Positions 29,828-40,530 of a stretch of 64,000 bases of DNA are shown here, piece after piece; the stretch's first letter is position 1; the number at the start of each line of letters is the position of its first letter. Source of the stretch: Pelagomonas calceolata. Lineage: Eukaryota. Below the pieces are notes generated by a model. It saw only the letters and a program-made list of their open reading frames with translations. It had not been told where the DNA came from and did not search any database. Both the position numbers and the translations under genes were made by a program. The DNA is taken from NCBI GenBank assembly GCA_918797485.1, contig CAKKNE010000004.1, positions 3,162,001 through 3,226,000 of the forward strand. The letters run 5' to 3'.

Positions 29828-31975
29828 ATGCGACTCCTCATGCGCCGACTAGCCCTGCGGCCAGGCACTGCTGCAACAAGAGCGACGCTGCGGAGGGCCC
29901 TCTTCACCTACGACCTGCCAGCGGAGCGCATCGCGTCGCATCCGGCGGACCCGCGCGGCAGCTCGAAGCTGCTCGTCTACCGCAACACGCATCTAGAAGA
30001 CGCCACCTTCTCTGATTTAGATGGATATCTGCCCGAGGGCGCCTTGGTGGTCGCGAACGACAGCCGCGTCGTCCGCGCGCGGCTGGCGTGCTCCACTGAT
30101 GGTGCGCCGTTCGAGGTGCTGTTGTTGGCGCCGGCCGACGCGACCGCGGATCCCGCGGCGCTCGTCGCAGCCGGCGCGGACGGCCAAGCCTGGGCCGCGA
30201 TGGCGCGAACGACAAATATAGGAGAGGGCTCGATCCTGAAGGTTGAGGGCTCCGAAGCACATTTACGAGTGTCCCGCGTCGTCAGTCCCTGGGTCGAGCA
30301 TGGCGAGGACGACGGCACAGAGGTAGAAATAGTGGTAGAGGCCGCGGGAACGCTGGCCGACCTCCTCGACGTGTGTGGCGAGGTGCCCGTGCCGCCCTAC
30401 CTCGGGAGAAGCGTAGAGGCGTCGGACGACGAGGACTACCAGACGACCTACGCTTCTGAACAGGGTTCCGTCGCGGCGCCGACGGCGGGCCTCCATTTTA
30501 CCGGAGAGCACTGGGCGCGCGTCCAGAATAATTTTGAGACGGCGCGCGTGACATTACATGTCGGCGCCGGGACGTTCCGGCCCGTGACCGGTTCGATTGA
30601 TGAGCATGACATGCACGCGGAGCGCTTTTCGGTGACCCGAGCGACGGTCGAGGCCTTAATTGCGGCCAAGCGGGACGGGCGGTCTATTGTCGCTGTGGGC
30701 ACGACGTCGTGTCGAGCCCTGGAGTCGCTGTACCTCCTGGCCGTTAAAATTGCTTCCATTACTCCCTGCGCGATGAAGGGGCAGGAGTTACGCAAGCGAG
30801 CGGTTCTCGGAGACCTCGGTGCGCTGCCGCAGTGGAGCGGCCGCGGCGACCGCCCCGACGTCGTACAAACGTTTGAATCTCTCTTGCAAACGAGCCCGGC
30901 CGACACTTTCGCGGCGTCCACGTCCCTATGCATCACGAACGACGGGCGGTGGCGGTTCTCCGTCGTCGACGCCCTCGTGACGAACTTCCACCACCCCGAC
31001 TCGACTTTGTTACATCTGGTAGACGCTTTTTTAGCGGGCAAAGCCCGGGACTTATATAGGAGGGCCCTCGCCGGCGACTACCGGTTCCTGTCGTACGGCG
31101 ACGCGTGCTACCTCACACGTTCGATGGATGAGCACGCGGCCGCCGCCGTCGAACCGCGGACGGAGCGCGTCGCCGGCCTCGGCGCGGAGGAGCAGTGCGC
31201 CGCCGCGGCCCCGAACGAAACGGAACGACCGAAGGTCCTCCTCCACAGCTGCTGCGCGCCCTGCTCGGGGGCGATGATCGAGGAGATGGTCGAGAAGCAG
31301 GACGCCGACGTGACGATCTTTTTCTACAACCCGAACATCCACCCGCGCGCGGAGTACGAGTTACGTAAAAGAGAAAATGAAGAATACGCGCGACGGCTCG
31401 GCGTGCCGTTCGTGGACGGCGATTACGACCCCGACGAGTGGTACAAGCGCGCGCGGGGCATGGAGTTCTCCCCTGAAAGGGGTTCTAGATGTACGATGTG
31501 CTTCGACATGCGCATGGACCGGACGGCGCTGTACGCGCACGAGTGGGGCTTCTCTCACATTGCCACCACCAACAGTACTTCTCGGTGGAAAGATGAGCAG
31601 CAAGTCGACGATTCGGGGAGGCGGGCGGCGGCGAAGTATGACCTGACGTATATGGATGATGACTGGAAGACGGATGTCATGACGGCTCGAAAATACGAGA
31701 TCAATGCGCAACAGTCGTTCTACAAGCAGGAGTACTGCGGCTGTTCCTTCTCTTTGAGAGATAACAATTTTCATCGGGCGAAGGAAGGCTTGGATCCGAT
31801 AAAACCGGCGCAGGGCGACGTGTATAGTGATCCGCTGGCGGACGCGGCCGAGGAGTCCCCTGAAGTGGTGGATGCGTTCTTTCGGGACGCGCCGGCCTTC
31901 TCCGAGGAGTTGCGGGGCGTTTATAAAACAAGGCGGCGAGCGCGCGACGCGTCCGTTTCGGGGAATAATTGGTAA
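29828..31975 (+). CDS. queA-queH: Fusion of S-adenosylmethionine:tRNA ribosyltransferase-isomerase (QueA) and epoxyqueuosine reductase (QueH/DUF208)
   Basis: QueA: FTYDLP..IA..P, NDSRV, PPYL, DYQT..GSVAAPTAGLHF, TLHVGAGTFRPV, VGTTSCRALES, TNFHHPDSTL, YRFLSYGDA. QueH: LLHSCCAPCS, FYNPNIHP..EY, PERGSRCTMCF, YKQEYCGCSFS. Confidence 0.93.
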   Translation: MRLLMRRLALRPGTAATRATLRRALFTYDLPAERIASHPADPRGSSKLLVYRNTHLEDATFSDLDGYLPEGALVVANDSRVVRARLACSTDGAPFEVLLLAPADATADPAALVAAGADGQAWAAMARTTNIGEGSILKVEGSEAHLRVSRVVSPWVEHGEDDGTEVEIVVEAAGTLADLLDVCGEVPVPPYLGRSVEASDDEDYQTTYASEQGSVAAPTAGLHFTGEHWARVQNNFETARVTLHVGAGTFRPVTGSIDEHDMHAERFSVTRATVEALIAAKRDGRSIVAVGTTSCRALESLYLLAVKIASITPCAMKGQELRKRAVLGDLGALPQWSGRGDRPDVVQTFESLLQTSPADTFAASTSLCITNDGRWRFSVVDALVTNFHHPDSTLLHLVDAFLAGKARDLYRRALAGDYRFLSYGDACYLTRSMDEHAAAAVEPRTERVAGLGAEEQCAAAAPNETERPKVLLHSCCAPCSGAMIEEMVEKQDADVTIFFYNPNIHPRAEYELRKRENEEYARRLGVPFVDGDYDPDEWYKRARGMEFSPERGSRCTMCFDMRMDRTALYAHEWGFSHIATTNSTSRWKDEQQVDDSGRRAAAKYDLTYMDDDWKTDVMTARKYEINAQQSFYKQEYCGCSFSLRDNNFHRAKEGLDPIKPAQGDVYSDPLADAAEESPEVVDAFFRDAPAFSEELRGVYKTRRRARDASVSGNNW

Positions 31976-32064
31976 TGTTTGTAACTCAGCCAACAGGGGC
32001 GACGGCGGACGCGATCGCGAGCGCGAAGAGGAGTAGTAGTATAATTCTAGACTTAACACAGACC

Positions 32065-34086
32065 TCAGGGCTCCACGACGACGACCTCGAGCGCCGTCGC
32101 GGCGACACAGCTCGACAGCGAGAGCTGGTCCCGCCCCACAACGCACGCGCCCGAGCTGTGCACGAGCCGGCCCGCGTCGAGGACGAACGCCGTCGCGCGC
32201 GCCGCATTTCCACTTTCGAGCGCGTCGCAGCGGCCGACCGTCAGCCCCGCGGCGCCCCCCGGTCTCAAACATCTAAAGTCAGAAGAAAACCGCGGGTCGA
32301 GGCTCAAGATTTCAACACCTTTCGCCGTGTTCGCGAGTAGCGCGAAGAGCTGGTCCGGCGCATGGCGCACGGGCTTGGAGAAGACGAGGCGGTTTTGGGT
32401 ACCGCTCGCCGCGAGGGCGTCCTGCTCCGACTCCTGGACGCACTCCCTCAGCACGACCCGTTCACCGTCGATCGTGGCGCAGCGCCCGTCTCCGCTAACT
32501 AATTGAGCTGGTTGTGGAGGTTCCGAAGAAGGGAACCAGGCCGGCCAGGCGCAGCGGCCCGGTGGATCGATCTTGAGGTCGCCCAGCGGCTTGCCGCCGA
32601 AGGGGCCCAGGCTAGGCATGCGCCGGTCGCGGAACCGGCAGTCGTGGAACAGCAACACGCAGATGAGGTAGTTGCCGACCGAAGGACGTGAAGAACGCAC
32701 GCTCGGGTTGCCCTGATATGACGCCAGTCGCCCGCAGTCGGCGCCGAAGTGCGACCGCACGACCGTCTGAGCTAACCTAACCTGCGCCAGATCCGCGAAG
32801 CCCCGGTGCTGGTCGCCGCAGTCCTCCTTATCGCCGCAGATCTTCTTCGCCAGTAAGTGCTCCGTGTGGCCCGCGTGCGTCTTGAAGCGCTTGCCTCTAC
32901 TACCGGAACAGCAGTACTCTTCGACTATATCTCTTGCTATCAGATCGGCCTCTTCTGGTAAACATCGTAGCTTCTCGACGACCGCTCCCCGGATAGCCTC
33001 ATAGTCGCAGGGCGCCTCGGGCCGCTTCTTCTCCTCGTTCGACCGGCCGTGGAACGGCGACAGGCCGTACGGGTTGCCGAAGCACCAGGTCCTCCCGGTA
33101 TTGTCCATATCTATGAGTCGTTCGACGAGGTCACCGGACGGTGCGACCATGACGTGGTCGTTCGCCGTGAGCATCCAGACGTCATTGACGGATACTTTAT
33201 CTCTTGAAAAGGATTGGATGGGCGGCACGGGCCGGAGCCAGGCCGAGTCGCTCCGCGCGAAGCAGAAGTATGCATACTCGAAGTTGCGCAATGCAGAATA
33301 CCGTAAAGCACCCCGATAGGCCTGGTAGCGGTTCCACCACTGGGACCTGTGTGGAAATCAATCAGTGAGTAAGGTTATCCTGAGAAGAATTGCGTGGACC
33401 TTCGTGAACCTCCACGCCATCGAGCCGACGCGGTCACGGGCGCAACGTCGCGTCGATGGCGTGGGGCGCCCGACATTTGATTTCCACACAGACTGGGACC
33501 AGAGCGGCCGGTCGAAGGCTCGCAGTAGCGCGAGGGAGCGCTCCTCGATGGACAGCGAGCGCCACGGCAGCAGGGTGCCGTTTCTCAGGCCCGCGTCGCT
33601 CTCGGTATCGCCCTCGTCTTTACCTGCTACGAACCACGAGACTTGTACTGGCTTTAAGGTTTGTAACATCGGTCTCAGAATAGAATCCGGCAGGTGTCCG
33701 ATTATCGACGGCACGCCGCGCGCGCCCGAGATCTTCCGGTGGCCCTCGCTGCCCTCGGACGCCTTGACGCTTCTGTCTAATCTCAAAAACACGTCGACGG
33801 CGGCCCCCTGCTTCGCGAGGCCCCCGATCAAATTCCTTCTGCATAATTCGTAGACGCGCGGCAGGAACAGCGACCGCGTCTCTCCCACAATCAGCACGGC
33901 CGCGCGCGGCGGGATTGGTTTTTGGATTGGCGTTGACGCCGGTGCTTCGAAGCGTGCGATGGCCATCGAGCACAGTTGCGTCACGCCGCCTAACAGTGCA
34001 AGGATGCAGACCAGCTGGCAATTGCTCTTGACGAAGCGCGCCGGCGGCGAGCGCTTGCGCGTGCTTTTGGGGAGGCAGGGCGCCAT
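32065..34086 (-). CDS. Type II membrane protein, putative glycan-active domain plus ricin-B-like C-terminus; exons 34086-33500 and 33346-32065
   Basis: N-terminal TM; AAVLIVGETR..VDVFL; introner removal joins ..PLW|SQWWNRY..; C-terminal Cys-x(9-11)-Cys repeats. Confidence 0.65.
33347..33499 (-). mobile_element. Introner intron (153 nt, GT-AG)
   Basis: Perfect TSD actgggac (33339-33346 and 33492-33499); perfect 15-bp TIR ctgtgtggaaatcaa/ttgatttccacacag. Confidence 0.95.
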
Positions 34087-34348
34087 TTTACGTGCGGTTG
34101 CAACCGCGTGGAGGTGGCGTGGTGATGGTCAGCGTCCGGACTCGGACTCGTCTTCGCGCACGCGCTGGCGCTTCAGGCAATAGCTGCTATTCAGGAAATT
34201 ATAGTGTTACTATTTGCTTGCGATGTTTAGGCAGAAATTGTCATGGCATCGCTGTCCTGAGGCAATATAGCTACGCGTGCGTCGTTTCTATTGCACTCTC
34301 AGCAGCCTGCACCCAATTTTTCTCGCTGGCCCAAGCCCTGGCCTGCTT

Positions 34349-34371
34349 CTAGTGTCTTTACAAGCCGCTAG
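34349..34371 (-). promoter_or_regulatory. Recurrent CTAG-bounded intergenic motif
   Basis: ctagtgtctttacaagccgctag. Confidence 0.55.
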
Positions 34372-34494
34372 GGAGAACGCCGTGTTAGGAATTTACGGCA
34401 ATCCTACAAGAGCGTAGAGGGCAGCTACAATAAGCGACGCACACGAACCGGCGACGCGCGGGACTACATGCATATAACTTAGCGAGAACATAAC

Positions 34495-35361
34495 CTACCG
34501 CGCGTGCCGCTTGACGGCCTCGTTGAGCGACGCCGTGAAGGCCGCGCCCTGCGAGGGCCCCGTTTGTGGAGAACGGATGTTGTTCACGACCTCCCGCGTC
34601 TTCTGGATGTAGAGCGCGTCCATGTTCACTCTAATATCGGTCTCCGTGTCCTCGATCAAGGTGCCCATGTTGTGCATGTGCGTGTGCTCGGCATCTATCA
34701 CAGATCTTTTTTCAGCCGTCCTAGTAAGAGTACCGGACAGGTTCGTGTCGCCGACGCTTTCCTTCTGCACGTCCATCGTTAATATGACGGTTGTCGTCAG
34801 TTTGTAGTTGGCCGCCTTGCCGTTGTCCTCCAAATTAACTTCCACGACATGTATGGAGTCCCAGCAGCCCTCCGTGACGAACTCGTGGCCCGATACTTTC
34901 TTCTTGATGAGGAAGCAGCCGGCGAAGTCGTCGCCGTCCAGCTCCCAGAGGTATACACTTGAAGTGCCTCCCTCGAAATACAACTCCCTATAACAATCAA
35001 ATAACGTGTTGGCCTCGACCTCTAGGCGTCGTAGTTTCTCTGACGGTACAAAACCATCATCAATAGGCGGATCGTACTTGTTCGACCACGGGCTTCTATG
35101 AGAGTCGCCGTCGCGGTTATAATCGCATAGGAGGTACGCGCGGCCCGTGTCCTTGCATTTGGCCTCCTCGAGCGGCTGGTCGACGCGCTGCAGGAGCTCG
35201 TCGGCGTGTTCTGGTATGAGATTGCATATGGCGTTGAGGTTGTGGGCGATTTTATTGGGGGGCATGCGTCTCATGATCGACAAAGCCGCTTCTATCGGGT
35301 CGCGCTTCGGCGGCGCCGCTGCGGCGGCGGCGTCGTCTCCCTGGGAGACCATCTCGGCCAT
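34495..35361 (-). CDS. CAPZB: F-actin capping protein subunit beta
   Basis: MRRMPP, VDQPL, YLLCDYNRDGDSHRSPWSNKY, YFEGGTSSVYLW, WDSIHV, YKLTTTV. Confidence 0.96.
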   Translation of the reverse strand: MAEMVSQGDDAAAAAAPPKRDPIEAALSIMRRMPPNKIAHNLNAICNLIPEHADELLQRVDQPLEEAKCKDTGRAYLLCDYNRDGDSHRSPWSNKYDPPIDDGFVPSEKLRRLEVEANTLFDCYRELYFEGGTSSVYLWELDGDDFAGCFLIKKKVSGHEFVTEGCWDSIHVVEVNLEDNGKAANYKLTTTVILTMDVQKESVGDTNLSGTLTRTAEKRSVIDAEHTHMHNMGTLIEDTETDIRVNMDALYIQKTREVVNNIRSPQTGPSQGAAFTASLNEAVKRHAR

Positions 35362-35609
35362 CCTGCCCACTAATGCCAAGCGGTGCTCAACGCAAGCCCA
35401 GATTTGGTGGTATTCGCTGCGGTTGCAAAAATTACAGTGCTCCTCGCTAGAAACTGCCGCCAACTTATCGCGCGCCGCGAGGATGCGGCGCGAGCTCGAG
35501 CTGGTTTTTTGGACTAGTATGTTATTACTAGCTAAAACTGCTGGGATCTCCCCCTAGCGAGTCTCTCAGCGAGTGCACCCGGGAGGGATAAAGTACCACT
35601 ACAAAAATC

Positions 35610-38600
35610 TTAATCCCCACCACCCTCGCGCACAACCGCCCGAGAAAAACAAACCAGCGTCACCAACGCGACCGGCGCCAGTAACACTGAAAACCGCACC
35701 AGCGCCCCGTCGGCCGTCGCGTTATAACCCACAAAGGCCCGCGCATTGCCCTCATAATCGGACCGCCGCGGCGCCTCCACGCCTCGGAGTTGCGGCGCCG
35801 CGACGGCCTCCAACAACCACCGCAACGGGTCGGCATCAGAAACGCCGCGCCAGCCTCCACAAAAGTCGCGCGGGAAGCGGAAGAGCCCCGCCCAAGCCAG
35901 TAACGACGCCGCGACGAAGGCGCCGACGTCGTCGGCGTGTTTCGTTGCACACGCGGCCGCGGTAATAATACAGCGCGATAGTATTGAGGCGCCGACGCAG
36001 CCTAACACAGCTGTGGAGAAGGGTCTTGGTTTTAAAGATAATCTCGCACATGAAAAGGCGACGGCCACGGAGACTATGGCTGAGGCCAGGACCAGCACGG
36101 ATCGCACCAAAATTCGCGAGACCACAGCCAAGTACACGGAAACGACGTCGCGCTCGTGCCGGACACGCTTCAAAAAAGCTTTTTCGTCAGCACAGGACCC
36201 GGGAATAGGATAAGTGAAGGCCGCCAGTAACCCGTAGCACAGATACAAAGTCGCGCGCGGGTCGTCACGACCTTGCCCCGCGAACGCGACCCCCAACCAA
36301 ACAGCGTGGAACACCGGTGAAGCGTAGAGCGCGCCAACTCGTTCGCGATCCTGCATCAGGCAGGCCCAGTCCCTTTTTACTAAGGAGGAGAAGGACCCTC
36401 GCGACGGCGGAAGCAGGTCGTCTTCTTCCAAATCTCCCCAGGCCGCCTCCCGCGCGGGCTTCCTCTTCATTGTAGTACATGGAAATGCTTCACCTAATAA
36501 CGCTTTCGGCGGCGCATCATACGCAATGTCGCAGCCGCCCTCGGTCCTCCGACACAATACCACACAACGGGAAAAGTGGAGCCCCTGGTCGGCGTTGATG
36601 CCCGGCGCCGCCGCGACCACACAAAAACCCTTCTTCGCGAGATTGGCGCAGCACTTTGCAATTGATGCGCCGCTCACCGAAGAGAGCGCGTCCCGTCCTG
36701 TCGAGGTTAAACCGCACGCGTCGTCGATAAAAAGGACGGGGGCTTTGGTGGCTGCGGCGCAGGCCAGCGAAATGCGTCTTCTTCTCAATGATACCGGTTC
36801 ATCACACTCGGAGTAGTTCACGGGCCGATCCCTCGATGTGACGCCGCACAAGTGCAAACAGGCTTCTACATGAGACTCGTCGTGGCCACTTAGTTTAGCG
36901 GCGTAGGCTACTAAGCTACGCGCGTCGAGCATGACGCATCCATCAAGATGGTCCGTGGACGCGGGCACCCACGCCACACGCGCGCCGCCGCCGCTCACGT
37001 CGTTGATGTGCACGGCGCCCGCGACGCGTTTTGTCGTTCCTGCTCTTTGGGCCAGGGCTCTTAATAAAGCTCGCGTCGCCTCCACGTCGTCGCCGATGAT
37101 CGATACGCACTCGCCGCTCTTTATATGTAATGATGCGCCCGATACGACCGGAGCGAAATCCTCATCCGTAATCGTGAGGTCGCGCGCTTGTATCGTGGAC
37201 GGTGGGATCGTGATGATACCTTCTTCATGATCTTCGTCGTCCTCCTCCTCGGGTACAAAGCACCTCCCCCGCAGCTTCCTCGGATCGACTGAAATGGGTT
37301 CTTCCGGCGCGCGCGCGAGAAAACAATACGAAATCAGTCGGAAACAAACAATAAGGACCAATAAAGATCGCACACACATCTCAGATGAAGACCTCGAAAA
37401 CCCGCCTCGGGCCGGCGACGGCGCCCGATGTCTCTTGAACCTCGGTCTTCGGGAAGAACGTAAAACCACGCCCTCGACGAACCACCTTAATGGATTCACG
37501 CGAGCGACCCAGGCCAACGGATGATACGGGGACATGTGGGCCAGATCCAAGCCGAAACCAGCACATAGCGAGAAGATCAAAGCGAGCGCTCCGAACTGCC
37601 CCGACACTTTCGCTGATGAGATGCGATCCGTTCTTATCGATGATTGTAAACGTACGGAATCACCGTCGTCGTATTGGTATGATGCTAACGCCTCGACCAG
37701 ACACGCTGCAGATAAAGCTAACAAAACGCCGAGCACGTACACGATCCATAGATTATTGACACCTCTTGGATAACCAGCAGCTCCACTCACTATCAAAGGG
37801 GCCGTGCCCCTTGCGAGTGAATCCACTACTAACAGAAACGTCCTCACAAGTAAGTGAACAAACCAGGAGCACTCTCGGCTGCGCTGGAACGCGCCGTGCC
37901 TCCGCACCAACGCCGGCGCATCATGGAGTGTCGCCCACAGGACGAGCTGCCCCCCGCAAAAGGCTGAGGAGGTGGCGTCCCAGGCTTCTAGTCCATGAGC
38001 CCCCTGCGCGTCGCTGTCCCAAAAGAGACACGCCCACAGCACGGCGATTGCTTTTAATATGGAGTGCTTCCTCACATAGTCGGTTCCATCAAAATCCCTC
38101 CTGCACATCCAGAAGATACGTTTGTATAGAGCTACATCTGGCCCTTGAAATGCGTTTGGCGCGTGGTCTTGACACGTGGTTTGCGACACGTCGAGCTCCA
38201 TGGCCTTGTATTCTACTGAACGCTCGTATTGTTCTTTGCATTTTTCGTCGGTTCCCATTCTTTCTAAGGCGTCCAGCGTTTGATTCCTAGCGCCGCCATA
38301 TAAGATAGCACCGTGTCTCATCAGTAGGACGTGATCAAAAATTGAGAAGGTAGCATCGTCTAAGACCGAGTCAATCGATACAATAACGACGCGCCTCCGC
38401 GACACTTGTTTGAGAGCCGTCGCGACGAACTTCCGCGAAGGCATATCTAAGTTGCGAAAGGCGTCTTCGATACATAGTATAGGAGGCGCATGGACACAAG
38501 CCTTCGCTATGGCAACGACGACGGCCTCCGCTCGATGGGACGGGATGGCCAGGCCGTCCAAACCCAAAGCGCGCAGTAACGGACAGGGCTTCACAACGCC

Positions 38601-38990
38601 AAAGCGCACTGCAGAACTCGCCTCGACTCGACTTAACGCTGTCAGAGACGACCGCATTTCGTCGTCGACCATCGCACCGTCCACGTAAGCGGCGCACTGT
38701 TCACAAGCGTCTCTACCACCGTAGGCGACTCTTCCTCCGAGCAACCCGCCGCGCGCGCGGCAACTCAGCAGTTTCAGCAGACTACGTTTGTCTACTGATG
38801 ACGGCCCTACGACGGCGCAGCAGCTTCCTTGTGGAATGAAACCCGTGGCGCCGTCGATGATCAGGCGCCCCCGCCGCGTCGCGTAGGTCAAGCAGTGGAA
38901 CGAGAGGCTCCAGTCCCTGCGCAGTGCCGCCTCGGGCGCCATGGGCGGCGGCGCCTCGTCGTAGCCGCCGAAGAGGCAGTCGTGGATCAT
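35610..38990 (-). CDS. Highly divergent full-size ABCG/PDR-like transporter (NBD-TMD-NBD-TMD)
   Basis: Two NBD-like regions (AVVGPSSVDKRSLL..ILCIED; SIIGDD..RRRISLA..VLFIDD), each followed by an ABC2-type TMD (..NPLRWFVEG; DPLRWLLEA). Confidence 0.7.
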   Translation of the reverse strand: MIHDCLFGGYDEAPPPMAPEAALRRDWSLSFHCLTYATRRGRLIIDGATGFIPQGSCCAVVGPSSVDKRSLLKLLSCRARGGLLGGRVAYGGRDACEQCAAYVDGAMVDDEMRSSLTALSRVEASSAVRFGVVKPCPLLRALGLDGLAIPSHRAEAVVVAIAKACVHAPPILCIEDAFRNLDMPSRKFVATALKQVSRRRVVIVSIDSVLDDATFSIFDHVLLMRHGAILYGGARNQTLDALERMGTDEKCKEQYERSVEYKAMELDVSQTTCQDHAPNAFQGPDVALYKRIFWMCRRDFDGTDYVRKHSILKAIAVLWACLFWDSDAQGAHGLEAWDATSSAFCGGQLVLWATLHDAPALVRRHGAFQRSRECSWFVHLLVRTFLLVVDSLARGTAPLIVSGAAGYPRGVNNLWIVYVLGVLLALSAACLVEALASYQYDDGDSVRLQSSIRTDRISSAKVSGQFGALALIFSLCAGFGLDLAHMSPYHPLAWVARVNPLRWFVEGVVLRSSRRPRFKRHRAPSPARGGFSRSSSEMCVRSLLVLIVCFRLISYCFLARAPEEPISVDPRKLRGRCFVPEEEDDEDHEEGIITIPPSTIQARDLTITDEDFAPVVSGASLHIKSGECVSIIGDDVEATRALLRALAQRAGTTKRVAGAVHINDVSGGGARVAWVPASTDHLDGCVMLDARSLVAYAAKLSGHDESHVEACLHLCGVTSRDRPVNYSECDEPVSLRRRRISLACAAATKAPVLFIDDACGLTSTGRDALSSVSGASIAKCCANLAKKGFCVVAAAPGINADQGLHFSRCVVLCRRTEGGCDIAYDAPPKALLGEAFPCTTMKRKPAREAAWGDLEEDDLLPPSRGSFSSLVKRDWACLMQDRERVGALYASPVFHAVWLGVAFAGQGRDDPRATLYLCYGLLAAFTYPIPGSCADEKAFLKRVRHERDVVSVYLAVVSRILVRSVLVLASAIVSVAVAFSCARLSLKPRPFSTAVLGCVGASILSRCIITAAACATKHADDVGAFVAASLLAWAGLFRFPRDFCGGWRGVSDADPLRWLLEAVAAPQLRGVEAPRRSDYEGNARAFVGYNATADGALVRFSVLLAPVALVTLVCFSRAVVREGGGD

Positions 38991-39157
38991 CGTCGTGGCT
39001 GCCCCATGTTTGTTGTTTGTTTACTGCCTTTGCGGCAGCGGGCAGCCTAGGAAATTGGAGTCGATTTTGCTAGTGGACCGTGCCCCATAATATCTGTATG
39101 CAGGCCTGGGTGCGTCCTGTAGTGATGCGTCCGGCCGCCAAGACGCTGTGCGAACGA

Positions 39158-39182
39158 GCTAGCGTTGTAAGAGCACTAGCAG
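39158..39182 (+). promoter_or_regulatory. Recurrent CTAG-bounded intergenic motif
   Basis: gctagcgttgtaagagcactagcag between divergent genes. Confidence 0.55.
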
Positions 39183-39480
39183 CAAGCAAGCAAAAGTTGA
39201 TTGGCAATTTGCTGGGCGCAAAATCTGCAATCGGTTTCGGCCAGCGTTGTTGCCTTGCAGCTACAGTTGACCGCAGCCTTGTCGCCACCAATGCGTAGAG
39301 CACGCCGGCTGCCGATGCTGCTTGCAAGAGAGATGCTCTCCTTGCATTGAGCACAATCTAGTGCGCGCGGACGCCACCGGACGCTGTGAACACGTTTCAG
39401 TGGCATAAGAAGCGCCGACGCCGCGCTGCGCACCATCATTGCGCCGACGGCTTAAGTGCACAAATAAGCCGCAGCCGACG

Positions 39481-40530
39481 ATGGACCTCGCCCGCCGCCT
39501 CAGCAGCGCGTTGTATGGCGACACCGAAAAGGGCACGGGACTAGAAACGGCCGACGTCAACGACCAGGAGACGCTCGACAGGTTAAGGGACGACGCCAAG
39601 GCGCAAGCTAGGGCTCAGATCGCGAATGACCTCAAGAAGTTCCTCAGGAAGAAGAACAACAAGCACTCGCCGCCGCCCCGACGCCGCAACACCTACGAGG
39701 CGTGGATCGCGCAATTACATCCTGAGAACGCGACCGTCGTCGACGGTATTGTTACCGATGTGGACCCTAGGTTCTTTAGTGAAGGTAGCGACCACCGGGC
39801 CATCTGGAACTCTCAGAACCCGGAGAAACGTGTGGACGCCATTGTGAGTTTAGATGACAAGTACGCGCGCTTGGATCGCGCGGCGACGTTAGTCCAACGA
39901 ATTTATCGCGGGGCGCACCTGCGACGAAAACTGAGGGAGTCGATCTTCGCTCGTAAACGAGCGGCGCAGGACGCGTGCCTCCAGGCGTGGCAGGTCGCGT
40001 GCGCGCCTCTACAACACCGAGGCGAGGCCTGGGACCGGCTCTTCTGCGACGCGTTGCCTCGGGGAAGGCGGCCGTCGGGCGTCGTGAAAGCGGCCGAGGC
40101 CGAGGCCGAGGCCTGGCGTCATGTGGATGCGACGCCCGAAAGTAAAGCTCGGTTCAGGGCCGAGAGCAAGCGCATGTACAAGTTCCTGCAGTCGTTGGAT
40201 AAGCGCGACGTCGGGACGATCGCTTCCGCGTTTGGGTTTGGGCCGAAGTCAAGGAGGCGCAAGCGCAAGGTCGTCGCGGCGTTGTTCGACAGCGCGCGCA
40301 CGGCGCCGCCGTCGGCCGCCTTGCTGCGGCGCGCGCTGCGGCCGGAGAAGCCGCCAGTACCAGCGCGGCGCAAGACCATCATCGGGTCGAACGGCTCGGG
40401 CAGCGGCGACGCCTGCGACGCGCTCGCGCCGCCGGACCCAGGCCAGGCGTCCGCGTCGGACGCGGCCCCATTCCGGTACCCGCGGAAGCTCGGCGAGGGC
40501 CGCGGCAAGAAGCTCTGGGAGTCGTGTTGA
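39481..40530 (+). CDS. Hypothetical protein with IQ motif
   Basis: AATLVQRIYRGAHLRRKL. Confidence 0.65.
   Translation: MDLARRLSSALYGDTEKGTGLETADVNDQETLDRLRDDAKAQARAQIANDLKKFLRKKNNKHSPPPRRRNTYEAWIAQLHPENATVVDGIVTDVDPRFFSEGSDHRAIWNSQNPEKRVDAIVSLDDKYARLDRAATLVQRIYRGAHLRRKLRESIFARKRAAQDACLQAWQVACAPLQHRGEAWDRLFCDALPRGRRPSGVVKAAEAEAEAWRHVDATPESKARFRAESKRMYKFLQSLDKRDVGTIASAFGFGPKSRRRKRKVVAALFDSARTAPPSAALLRRALRPEKPPVPARRKTIIGSNGSGSGDACDALAPPDPGQASASDAAPFRYPRKLGEGRGKKLWESC

Noticed and set aside
29828..31975. queA-queH as bacterial contamination
   Set aside because: Flanked by eukaryotic genes, similar codon style, N-terminal presequence and the local promoter motif; read support was not checked.
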